From Bacteriovoracaceae bacterium (GTDB taxonomy: Bacteria; Bdellovibrionota; Bacteriovoracia; Bacteriovoracales; Bacteriovoracaceae): a DNA stretch of 64,000 nucleotides. Shown one piece after another: positions 1 to 9,042 of this stretch (its first letter is position 1; every line of letters begins with the position of its first letter). Under the pieces are notes generated by a model. The model had not been told where the DNA came from and ran no database searches. It saw nothing but the letters and a program-made list of their open reading frames with translations. The position numbers and the translations under genes are program-made. The stretch covers positions 62,001 to 126,000 of the forward strand of contig JABIHA010000084.1 of the NCBI GenBank assembly GCA_018649885.1, read 5' to 3'.

Positions 1-141
1 ACAATTGCATATCTCACAGAAGTTTCTATCTTCTTGGTGTGATTCACTTTGCTTTTTTTGTTTTGTGGCCTTTACCGTTCTTTCATTTTGCGCTTTGGTA
101 CTATTGTATCCAGCTTTTTTTAGTGCATCTTTCATAGACAT
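1..141 (-). CDS. 5' part of a hypothetical protein that runs off the left edge
   Basis: Read by hand: AGGAGA SD, ATG at 141, open frame to base 1 (MSMKDALKKAGYNSTKAQNER...RNFCEICNC). Not in the ORF track. Confidence 0.65.
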   Translation of the reverse strand, partial: MSMKDALKKAGYNSTKAQNERTVKATKQKKQSESHQEDRNFCEICNC

Positions 142-363
142 ACTACTTCTCCTGCTATGCCGATAGATCTGTAATTACACTACTTTATACTAATAAAGCC
201 CTGGTTTTTCAATATTATGATTGATTCAAGGTTTCAAAGCTCATTCGCCCCGATGCAAAAAAACTACGAATTATCCACATTATGGACGCTAAGTATGTAG
301 ATTTTTTAGACTCTTAGGCCGTTTGATCATTAATTTGTTAATTAAGTTTTGAGGATAGAGATT

Positions 364-620
364 ATGAAATATTTTACTAAATTACTTTTTTGTAGTGGCC
401 TACTCATTTGCTGGGTTGCCCAGGGCACAGAACTCGATAGTCTTACATTAGGGATGCCCAGCTGATGGACTCTCTTGAAGTTATTGACGAGGAAGTTAAC
501 CGGAGGATGGAGCTAGCACTGAGTGAAATGAAAGATGGAGGTGATTGTAAAGCAGGCCATATTTTACACGCCGTTGGCTCAAAACTCGCGGCCCCTTGGC
601 TTTTAAATCCAAATTTTTAA
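364..620 (+). pseudogene. Frameshifted, truncated remnant of a secreted protein paralogous to 28051..28968
   Basis: GAGGA SD, ATG 364, signal-like MKYFTKLLFCSGLLICWVAQGTELD. After a 1-nt shift near 450 it reads DAQLMDSLEVIDEEVNRRMELAL...DC...KLAAPWL, which aligns by eye to ETDGY...LNFEVNRRIKHAI...EC...QLRRPFL. Confidence 0.55.
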
Positions 621-628
621 ATAGTTTT

Positions 629-1315
629 TTATTCAACAGTAAGCTTAGCTTCTTGGAGAAGAGTGGAGTATTTATAGTTGTAGCCAAAGTCTTTATCAAT
701 GACGACTTTTCCTGAAACAACGATTGTATCACCAACTTTTACCGTATCATTTGTAGTCACAGTTAAGTCGTGGCTTCCATTTTTTCCACTTCCATCTTGC
801 ACATGAACCCAATTGAGCTTCATGATTTTTGGAGAAAATTTAACAACTTTCCCTCTCACCTGAACTGTTTTATTTACTAGTTTTTTTCTTTTTGTGTGTA
901 TTTCAGAAACTAAGTATTGAGCCTTTTTAATACTGCCCATTTTGACTTTAGAGCTTACTCCGCCAGCTTTTTTTTGCAGTTGGATAAAACTGGTGAAATA
1001 GATTTTCTTAAAAGTTCTACCGAGTGTCTTACTGGTGAAATTCACCATCGGGTTTCCTTTAATAAACTCTACCTGATCACCTTTTTGTAGTGAAACCTTT
1101 GTGGCAGCTGTCCACAGTTTTTCCTTTTTATTATCAATAAGCACATAGGTGTAACCACCAGAGTTCATCGTTTCAACTACAACACCTTTGTGTAATAGTT
1201 TTGGATCTATCTTGCCTGCTTTTTTTGCAACTTTATCACGTGGAAACGCGTATAGAGTTGAAGAGAAAACAATTACTAGAAGTAAAAAAACTGATTTAAG
1301 AGAAGACATATTCAT
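629..1315 (-). CDS. Exported protein with two predicted OB-fold domains
   Basis: Signal peptide; GVVVETMNSGGYTY and VQVRGKVVKF...WVHVQDGSG...VVSGKV motifs. Confidence 0.65.
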   Translation of the reverse strand: MNMSSLKSVFLLLVIVFSSTLYAFPRDKVAKKAGKIDPKLLHKGVVVETMNSGGYTYVLIDNKKEKLWTAATKVSLQKGDQVEFIKGNPMVNFTSKTLGRTFKKIYFTSFIQLQKKAGGVSSKVKMGSIKKAQYLVSEIHTKRKKLVNKTVQVRGKVVKFSPKIMKLNWVHVQDGSGKNGSHDLTVTTNDTVKVGDTIVVSGKVVIDKDFGYNYKYSTLLQEAKLTVE

Positions 1316-1475
1316 ACCACTACCTTGAAAAGTTAATAGTTATTGTTTGATCACGCAATATAGCAAATTCTTGTGACTTTGAGATAGGGTTTTCTTAACT
1401 TTTAATTTTTGCAACGCGATGAATTTGGGCAAAAACCTGCCTTAGACCATGCTTTTTGGGCCTCTATCAATACTT

Positions 1476-2129
1476 CTATAGATTTAGCGAGAGCGACCAA
1501 GCAAAGACAAGTTGTGCTCCGTAATATAAAGGAAGCCCGATCAGTCGATTTACAAACTCTTCTTTTACAAAGCGATTTCTCGCTACTGCAATATCAGAGA
1601 AATAAAATAGAAGGGCAGCCATAAGAATTACCTTTGGTGCTCCAGCCCCTACGACAGAAAATGCTGAGATCACCATCAAGGAGATCACGCTTATGTAGGC
1701 AATAACAGGAATCTTAAAATCACTTGAGATACTTTTTGAAAGTTGGGTCCAAATTAATTTTCCTAGTACGGTGATGAAGGCAAGGCCCACAAGCATCCAG
1801 GTAGCACTAAATACTTTTTGACCGAGGATAAAGGCTACCATGTAAAAGAGATGACCAATTAAGAAAGAAGCAATCCCCATTTTAAATATTTTTTCTTTGG
1901 GAGAGAGAAGAAATAGATCTCCAAAGAGACAAAAGACCATAGAGATAGCAATTCCTTTTCCATAAAAGCCTTTATCCCAGGCTCCCAGTGATAGTGCCAA
2001 AAAAAGAAATGCAAATGATGCAATTGTTTTACAGGTGGCTTTGCCCCAGAAAACTTTGTTCCGTTCAAAACAAAGAAGTCCTATGACAGAGAGGATATTT
2101 ACTATTGTTAAAATAACGGAAATCTTCAT
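1476..2129 (-). CDS. YhhN/TMEM86 lysoplasmalogenase-family membrane protein
   Basis: Multi-TM; GDLFLL, FLIGHLFY, FYFSD and YYGAQ motifs. Confidence 0.85.
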   Translation of the reverse strand: MKISVILTIVNILSVIGLLCFERNKVFWGKATCKTIASFAFLFLALSLGAWDKGFYGKGIAISMVFCLFGDLFLLSPKEKIFKMGIASFLIGHLFYMVAFILGQKVFSATWMLVGLAFITVLGKLIWTQLSKSISSDFKIPVIAYISVISLMVISAFSVVGAGAPKVILMAALLFYFSDIAVARNRFVKEEFVNRLIGLPLYYGAQLVFAWSLSLNL

Positions 2130-2187
2130 AGCTAAACTATCCTTTTACTGACCTTGACAACAATTAAATTAGTACCATATTAAGGAC

Positions 2188-2838
2188 ATGAGGACGAGCC
2201 AACAATTAAGAAATGAAATGGTCAAGAGACAAATTGAAAATCGGGGAGTTCGCGATGGGAGGGTACTCCAAACTTTTCGCAATATGCCTCGAGATGAATT
2301 TGTTCCAGAGGATGCCAAGGCTTGGGCCTATGATGATTGCCCCATTCCTATTGGTTACAATCAAACTATTTCACAACCCTACATAGTTGCTTTTATGGCC
2401 GAGGCACTGGAGTTGAGTTCGGACGAGAGAATTCTTGAGATAGGTACAGGATCTGGATACAACGCTGCAGTTCTATCAAAGTTGTGCAGAGAAGTTTACA
2501 CCATTGAAATTATACCTGAACTTGCAAAGAGAGCTGAAGAAGCCATAGAAAAACAAGATATCAAAAACGCATTTGTAAGGCAGGGAGATGGCTCTCTTGG
2601 ATGGCCTGAAGAGGCTCCTTTTGATGCCATTATTCTCACAGCTGCTCCACCGAAAGAAATACCCATTCCTCTTGTGATTCAATTAAAGCAAGGTGGGAGA
2701 CTCATCGCTCCTGTGGGCGAGGAGACTCAAGAACTGGCTTTGTATATTAAGCAGGGAATAAGTTTAGTTCCCTATCATTTAATGCCAGTGCGCTTTGTTC
2801 CTATGATTGGAAAAATAGCCAAGCAAGCTACCTTGTGA
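2188..2838 (+). CDS. pcm: Protein-L-isoaspartate O-methyltransferase
   Basis: QTISQP, LEIGTGSGY, GDGSLGWPEEAPFDAI and VRFVP motifs. Confidence 0.95.
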   Translation: MRTSQQLRNEMVKRQIENRGVRDGRVLQTFRNMPRDEFVPEDAKAWAYDDCPIPIGYNQTISQPYIVAFMAEALELSSDERILEIGTGSGYNAAVLSKLCREVYTIEIIPELAKRAEEAIEKQDIKNAFVRQGDGSLGWPEEAPFDAIILTAAPPKEIPIPLVIQLKQGGRLIAPVGEETQELALYIKQGISLVPYHLMPVRFVPMIGKIAKQATL

Positions 2839-2848
2839 CAAAAGTTTT

Positions 2849-4205
2849 TCATTGGTGTCTTTGTCTGCGGGGTATGTATCGTCTCTTAATCGGGTCGGTA
2901 AATAGAAGCGGGGCAGATGCTGCATTATAATGAGCCTGAACAGATACAGTGACGAGTGGAGATGAATAGAGAGCAACTTCATCTATGCGACCAGAAAATT
3001 CTATAGGAACAGCATTTCCTCCAATTCGAAGATTCGGAGAAATCCATGTAGGCGTAGGTTCTGTTCCAGATGCGCTACCTGCGGGAGAGCCTCCATTGAC
3101 GAAAATATCCGTTACTCCACTTCCATGGTGAGTTCCTACAAGGTGGTACCAAGTATTAAGGCTTATGGGAGAACTTGCAGTAGCAGTTAAACTATTTGAG
3201 ACGTCATTCATATAAAAGATAGGGTAACCACCAGTATCAACTTTGAGCCGATAAGTATGACTATTACTACTATCCATTGAAACAATATAGTTATTACTAG
3301 CAAAGCTCGTAATATATACCCAGGCTTCTATTGAGAAAGCTGCACCTGTGAATTGTATTGAGCCACTGGGTGAAGACACCTCTAAAAAATTATTGGTAGT
3401 TCCATCAAAAATACCATAACCAGATAGGTCCCCAGAGACCCCTGCCGAGCCTGAGAAAGAGACTGTACTTCCATTGGACAAACCATTTGCACCTTGCTCA
3501 TCACTTAAGTCATCTAGTCGCCAGTAGGACACAGGGTTGTCATTTGTTATGACCGTATTGTAGGGATCACCTGGGGTTGTTAAATTAAAAATGGAACCAG
3601 TGCAATTTGATAGTGAGTCACCTAAATTGAAGGTGCCATTTAATGTAACTGAATTATTGACTCCTGCCAGGATAGAATCATAGGTACTCCCAAGATAATA
3701 AGCATTTGATAGATCTACATTGCCATTAACTGCAGATGAGGCAGGACAAGCTATATCTGAACTCCAGCCAATGAGGTGAAATTCAATATTTTCACCTGCA
3801 TCAACAGTAAATTCATTATTAGAATTAGCAGAGAATGTGCCGGCCACATCGTCAGCCTCCAGCTTGAAACTACTACCAGAGTCGTAACAAATATTTCCGG
3901 AGCTCTCTATTGGGTAGTCCATGGCCACCATAAAGCAATTTAAATCTCCGGATATGGTTGGTTCAGTAATACCATTTTCCATAAGTCTTGAGCTTTGCCG
4001 ATCAATTTTAAAAGTTACTAGTGCTTTCTCTTTGGTAGATTCATTTTTTAATGAACAAGAAAAAATCAATTTCAGTAATACCATTTTCCATAAGTCTTGA
4101 GCTTTGCCGATCAATTTTAAAAGTTACTAGTGCTTTCTCTTTGGTAGATTCATTTTTTAATGAACAAGAAAAAATCAATAGTGCTGTGATAATAAATTTC
4201 AACAT
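2849..4205 (-). CDS. LamG/concanavalin-like domain lipoprotein, frameshifted near the N-terminus by a 109-bp tandem duplication
   Basis: C-terminal LamG motifs (PVSYWRLD, FSIEAWV, WYHLVGT, FSGRIDEVALY). ATG 4205 gives MLKFIITALLIFSC (lipobox) but that frame stops after the duplication junction. Confidence 0.7.
3962..4179. repeat. Perfect 109-bp tandem duplication (3962-4070 and 4071-4179)
   Basis: Two identical copies, TTCAGTAATACCATTTTCC...GAACAAGAAAAAATCAAT. Confidence 0.95.
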
Positions 4206-4307
4206 AATAATCAATACTATTGATATTCACGTACAAGATCAAAATATATTTTAGATATTAGTGGACGCATTTACTAGGTTTAATGGTGTTTTCATACTGC
4301 GTCTAAT

Positions 4308-5090
4308 CTAAATCACTTTGTTTAAATCATTTACTGAAATGAGGTGAACTTTTATTTCTTTTTTTCCAGATCCGATTATATCAATGCTCTTACTATCTTT
4401 AAAAATCTCAACTTCAAATTCTGATAATTTTAGTGATTCTTTTTTGTATTTTCTATTTGTGTATTGAATATCGCAGAATATATTCTCTTTTGTATTAAAC
4501 ACAATTGATTTAAGCATTGAGGAAACTTGTGAATGATTAAGGTTTTTTACCGCCTCAGTTAGGGCAATGGTACGGCTAGACGGGTATGAAGGCCTGTGGA
4601 CCCAAATATTGTAGCTATTGGTGTAAATTGTTTCAAAGACTAGGTAAATATTTACAGGACCTGCAGAAAAATCACTTCCTCTTGCGATATCTCTAAGTGA
4701 TTCACATAGGCACCATTCTAGGTAGCCACCTGAAAGAAAAATCCTTTGTAATTTTGGTGTTTTTAAATCGTGTGCTCCGCCTACAGTTTTAACAACAGTA
4801 GCAATATCTTTTTGGGTAATAAAATATGAGTCATGGTTTGTGCCGTCTTTTTTAAAGGAGTGAACAGCTTGAATCATGGGGAGATCAATACTTTTCGCCC
4901 ACTGTTTGAGTTTTCTAGACGCAAGTTTAGTTGTTAGTTTTCGGTCCCAAAGGGAGCTATTGTGGCTGAAAAAAACATAGGCTTCCTCATTTAAAAGATG
5001 ATCACTGCTTTCATCTATGACGCTTGCCCTTGCATGACCATATCCACCAAGGAAAAAGGCAGTAATAGCGCAAATCAACATGGCCTTCAT
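4308..5090 (-). CDS. Secreted hypothetical protein, possibly cysteine-hydrolase-like
   Basis: GGA-rich SD and signal peptide. IFLSGGYLEWCL weakly resembles the isochorismatase-family catalytic Cys region. Confidence 0.55.
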   Translation of the reverse strand: MKAMLICAITAFFLGGYGHARASVIDESSDHLLNEEAYVFFSHNSSLWDRKLTTKLASRKLKQWAKSIDLPMIQAVHSFKKDGTNHDSYFITQKDIATVVKTVGGAHDLKTPKLQRIFLSGGYLEWCLCESLRDIARGSDFSAGPVNIYLVFETIYTNSYNIWVHRPSYPSSRTIALTEAVKNLNHSQVSSMLKSIVFNTKENIFCDIQYTNRKYKKESLKLSEFEVEIFKDSKSIDIIGSGKKEIKVHLISVNDLNKVI

Positions 5091-5262
5091 TTTCCATCCT
5101 CTATTCGATTTGTTTGAAAAATTATGACATGATTATTGCTAAAAGGCTAAATTCAGATCCAGTTATTGCAGTTGGTTTGAAAACAAGGTGATGGCATAAT
5201 TAAGCTCCAAGTGTTTGTCTCTTGGAGCTTCTCAGTTGTTCATAGTCAATCAGGATGAGCAT

Positions 5263-6087
5263 TTAACTCATTATGGCGTTACGCAGTTTTTTTCGATTGT
5301 TGCGCGAAACGTTTAGCTCATTTCCGTATTTTGTTTTAACAACCCAATTACTTCCACTCTCGATAGAGTTAATGAGTTCAAGCTGTACAATACAGTTGCG
5401 ATGAATCTGAATGAATTTTTTGGGATCTAGGCTTGTGCTAAGTTTCTTTAGCGAGAACTCCACAATATATTCTCCCTCAGAAGTATAGGCCATGGTGTAG
5501 TGGTCACTACTCATAAAGTAGGTGATGGTCTCTAAATCGAGAACTTTAGTTTGGTTACCAATTTTAGCGGGAATTTTCTCTAAGTAATCACTCTTTTTAC
5601 TATTAACGAGTTCTTCATTAATTTCAGCCAGATCCTTAATCTCTCTTTCAGAGCTTTTAGTTTTGTCGTAGAAAATAAAAATGAGACTAATGAAAGTTCC
5701 AATCAATATGACAAATGGAGTACTGCTATAACTAACGGCTTCTCGTCCTAAGAAAAGGGCCTTTATGTGCTCGGCCAAAATTGCACCCAGGCTCAGACCA
5801 ATCATGCTAATTACAAACTGTCCCCAAAAGCTAACACTGATGGCCTTGCCAGTTTTTTCTTCACGCAACTCTATCAATCCATAGATAGTTAATGCGGCTA
5901 GCCAGACCATGGAGAAAATTGAGATTCCATAGCTGAGAGAGATTTTTAAAATTGTTGTTGATTGGGAAAATGATCCCTGCTTTAGAACTGCGACCACACA
6001 GAAGCCCAGTACGATGAGCAGCATCCAGCCCAGGCCACTTAAAAACTCTTTGAATGTATCGTTTTCATAAACTGATTCACTTTTCAT
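5263..6087 (-). CDS. Membrane-anchored LytTR-domain regulator
   Basis: About 4 TM helices, then LytTR motifs (DHYT, FIQIHRNCIV, LNVSR); AGGAGA SD. Confidence 0.85.
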   Translation of the reverse strand: MKSESVYENDTFKEFLSGLGWMLLIVLGFCVVAVLKQGSFSQSTTILKISLSYGISIFSMVWLAALTIYGLIELREEKTGKAISVSFWGQFVISMIGLSLGAILAEHIKALFLGREAVSYSSTPFVILIGTFISLIFIFYDKTKSSEREIKDLAEINEELVNSKKSDYLEKIPAKIGNQTKVLDLETITYFMSSDHYTMAYTSEGEYIVEFSLKKLSTSLDPKKFIQIHRNCIVQLELINSIESGSNWVVKTKYGNELNVSRNNRKKLRNAIMS

Positions 6088-6164
6088 TACTTTCTCCTAT
6101 AAAAATGAAGTTTTACTGTAAAGCTATAATTGGCCGGTAGTGACCTATTTTCAAACGTTTAGTT

Positions 6165-6195
6165 CCGGGTGGTATGAAAATTTAACTGAATGGTA
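6165..6195 (-). promoter_or_regulatory. Candidate LytTR operator (imperfect direct repeat, 21-bp period)
   Basis: Minus strand reads TACCATTCAG-N11-TACCACCCGG just upstream of the LytTR gene. Confidence 0.45.
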
Positions 6196-6341
6196 GCTTT
6201 TCCATTGGTGATTTATGGATGGGCGGGTGGATTTGTAGCTGGATCAAAACATGTCAGTGTTTCGCCATTGGGGGGGGCTTTGAGCGAACACTCTATCAAT
6301 TCACTTTCAGAGAATTAGTTCAAACCTGTTGAAAATTTTCA

Positions 6342-6551
6342 TCAGAAATAATACTCCGTATTAAAAAATAATGGTGGGTGCCACAGAAGTTGAGTACCGC
6401 TCCCTATAAAACAAGAGTAAGCCACATTGATAATTACTAGAAAAGTTCCAACAAAATGGAGTGAGCGGCATATTGAGTTTGTATGCTGACTTAAATAGTA
6501 TGGGTAAAATTCTGAAAGTGTATTGTATTTTTTTGTTTCATGGACTCTCAC
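6342..6551 (-). pseudogene. Truncated DUF962/Mpo1-like membrane protein
   Basis: EFYPYYLSQHTNSICRSLHFVGT matches the family N-terminus; the expected GHFFFEKNRPA-type C-terminal half is missing. Confidence 0.65.
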
Positions 6552-6554
6552 TAT

Positions 6555-7112
6555 TTAAACTAATAGATCCCTAATTTCTAAACAACTTTGATGAATACTC
6601 TTACCTTCTGTGTAAATGATGTGTTTAGCAAGTCGATAATTTGATGGATGCTCAATGAAATTTTTATTGGCAGTGATATTGGTTTCGTCTAATTTTTCTT
6701 TTCTTCGCTTTTCAAGTCTTTCATTGAAAATTTCTAATGACCTCTTCTTATCTTCACAGGGAAGAATGAGAAAGACATTGGGAATCTCACGCAGTAATTC
6801 ACTTACATAATTAAATTGATCGGGATCGGTAAAATAAGAATGTCCAGCGCCAAAATCGATAATAGACTCAGGGAATTCACCAATGATTCCTTCAACGGCA
6901 TCAACTTCAAAAGGCTTCCAATACTCTAGCATTTCGGAAAATGAATCTAGGATTTGCTCTTTTTCCAAGCTAAAGCCTTTTTTATAGTAGTAATACCAAC
7001 GCAAGCGATCCATGGGAACTCTTGGTATATTTGTCACTTTGGCCAATTCACTTGCTATAGTGCTTTTTCCTGTAGCCATAGGACCGATTAGAATGATTGG
7101 TTTCTTGTTCAT
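6555..7112 (-). CDS. Shikimate-kinase-like P-loop kinase
   Basis: GPMATGKST Walker A; IIDFGAGH. Confidence 0.8.
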   Translation of the reverse strand: MNKKPIILIGPMATGKSTIASELAKVTNIPRVPMDRLRWYYYYKKGFSLEKEQILDSFSEMLEYWKPFEVDAVEGIIGEFPESIIDFGAGHSYFTDPDQFNYVSELLREIPNVFLILPCEDKKRSLEIFNERLEKRRKEKLDETNITANKNFIEHPSNYRLAKHIIYTEGKSIHQSCLEIRDLLV

Positions 7113-7630
7113 AGGTATTCTTTGGGCCAGTACTGTCTGGGGTCTTCCTCACCCTTCCAGTAATCAGCTTCTTTATTTTTTTGGTATACAGAATAATTGT
7201 GACCGCCTTCAGGTTTAGCAATTGAGGTTAATATCTTCTTGCTATCAGGATACTCACAAATATCGAGGTCTTCATTGTTTGAAATGGCAATGAAATGAAA
7301 GTCTTCATCAGTGTGATTGTAAAATTGATGAGCAAACTCTAGGCCTGTTTTAAAATGAATGATGTCGCCTTTTTTCACTTCTTTGTACTTATCACCTTGA
7401 CGAAGCATTGCTTTTCCATCGAGAACAATAAAAAGTTCTTCTTCGGCAAAGTGGCAATGAAGAGGACATGAGAAAAACTTTGGTGATAATTTTTCAGCAT
7501 GAAACCCAAGATTCTTTGTTCCCATTTTTGAGGATATATCAGCAGATTCACTTTTGTAGCTCATGCCTTCAGACCAAGGCTTGTACTCAAGCTGATCTAG
7601 ATTCATCACATTTTTCCAATCTTCTTTCAT
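7109..7630 (-). CDS. Cupin domain protein
   Basis: PLHCHFAEEELFIVLDG, AHQFYN and CEYPDS motifs; 4-nt overlap with the next gene. Confidence 0.85.
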   Translation of the reverse strand: MKEDWKNVMNLDQLEYKPWSEGMSYKSESADISSKMGTKNLGFHAEKLSPKFFSCPLHCHFAEEELFIVLDGKAMLRQGDKYKEVKKGDIIHFKTGLEFAHQFYNHTDEDFHFIAISNNEDLDICEYPDSKKILTSIAKPEGGHNYSVYQKNKEADYWKGEEDPRQYWPKEYL

Positions 7631-7831
7631 TTTAAATCCTATGGAGGTTAAGTATGATTGAATCTAGCAAAATTGAGTTATACACGGCAATAATTATATT
7701 GTTTTAGCAAGCATAGAGGCAAAAGACAGGGCGTGATGGCCAGAGCCTTTAATGGTAAATGTTTGTGATTTTCCTGGAAGAATCAGTTTAGACGAATATA
7801 CTTATAGAAGTAGTCAGTAAAGGAGATTCTT

Positions 7832-8884
7832 TTGAAGATAGCAGCATATATATTTTTATTTTTCACTATCTCTTTTAGTGCTCTTTCAATGGGCCCAATA
7901 AAAAAGGCCACTTTTGCGGGGGGCTGTTTTTGGTGTATGGAGCCGCCTTTTGAAAAATTAGCGGGAGTCCAGTCTGTGATTTCTGGGTTTAGTGGTGGCG
8001 TAAAAAAAAATCCAAGCTATCAGGACGTGGCCTATGGAAAAACCAAACACATTGAATCAGTTCAAGTTACCTACGACTCTAGCGTCATTTCTTACCAGAA
8101 ACTACTAGAGACCTTTTGGACAAATGTTGATCCCACAGATAGTGGAGGGCAATTTGTCGACCGAGGTCATCAATATACCACTGCTATTTTTTATCATAGT
8201 GATGAGCAAAGAAAAGCAGCTGAGGTATCAATTGGTAAATTAAAAACCTTGAAAATCTTTAATAAGCCTATAGTAACTAAAATTAGAAGTTTTAATGAAT
8301 TTTTTCCAGCCGAGGAAAGCCACCAAGATTATTACAAAAAATCTACGTTTACAGCATTAAAGTACAAGTATTATCGTTCAAGATCTGGACGGGATGAATT
8401 CATTGAAAAGTATTGGAGTGATAACCGCATTTTTTTAAATAGTGTGAAACAAAAATATGCAAGGCCAAGTGAAAAAATAATTAAAGAAAGACTTACTAAA
8501 CTCCAATTTAATGTCACTCAAAATGATGCAACAGAGAGACCATTTAAAAATAGCTATTGGGATAATAAAAAAGAGGGGATCTATGTGGATATTGTTTCTG
8601 GTGAACCACTTTTTAGCTCCAAAGACAAATTTAAGTCGGGCACCGGATGGCCTTCGTTTACAAAACCACTTGAACCTCAGCATGTAGTTGAAAAAGCAGA
8701 TCACTTATTTGGTATGAAAAGAGTGGAGGTTCGTTCACGTTATGGGAACTCACATTTAGGTCACATATTTAATGACGGACCAAAACCTACCAATCTTAGA
8801 TATTGCATTAACTCATCGGCATTGCGCTTTATAGCCAAAAAGGATCTTAAAAAGCAGGGTTATGCAGAATATGCAGGCCGCTAA
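7832..8884 (+). CDS. msrAB: Exported bifunctional methionine sulfoxide reductase MsrA-MsrB
   Basis: Signal peptide; GGCFWC and AEESHQDYY (MsrA); [14 protein letters not shown] and RYCINS (MsrB). Confidence 0.95.
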   Translation: MKIAAYIFLFFTISFSALSMGPIKKATFAGGCFWCMEPPFEKLAGVQSVISGFSGGVKKNPSYQDVAYGKTKHIESVQVTYDSSVISYQKLLETFWTNVDPTDSGGQFVDRGHQYTTAIFYHSDEQRKAAEVSIGKLKTLKIFNKPIVTKIRSFNEFFPAEESHQDYYKKSTFTALKYKYYRSRSGRDEFIEKYWSDNRIFLNSVKQKYARPSEKIIKERLTKLQFNVTQNDATERPFKNSYWDNKKEGIYVDIVSGEPLFSSKDKFKSGTGWPSFTKPLEPQHVVEKADHLFGMKRVEVRSRYGNSHLGHIFNDGPKPTNLRYCINSSALRFIAKKDLKKQGYAEYAGR

Positions 8885-9042
8885 TTTTTTAAAAGCCTAG
8901 CTATCTTTTAGTTTTTTTGTCATTGTCTCAGTTTACTGAGATCTCACCTTTTTCAAAGTAACATTGCATTGATTAGCCGCGTCGCAGTTGAACCATCCTC
9001 TATTTAATGGTTTATTTCTAGGGATTTTCTATGGAGGTTTAG

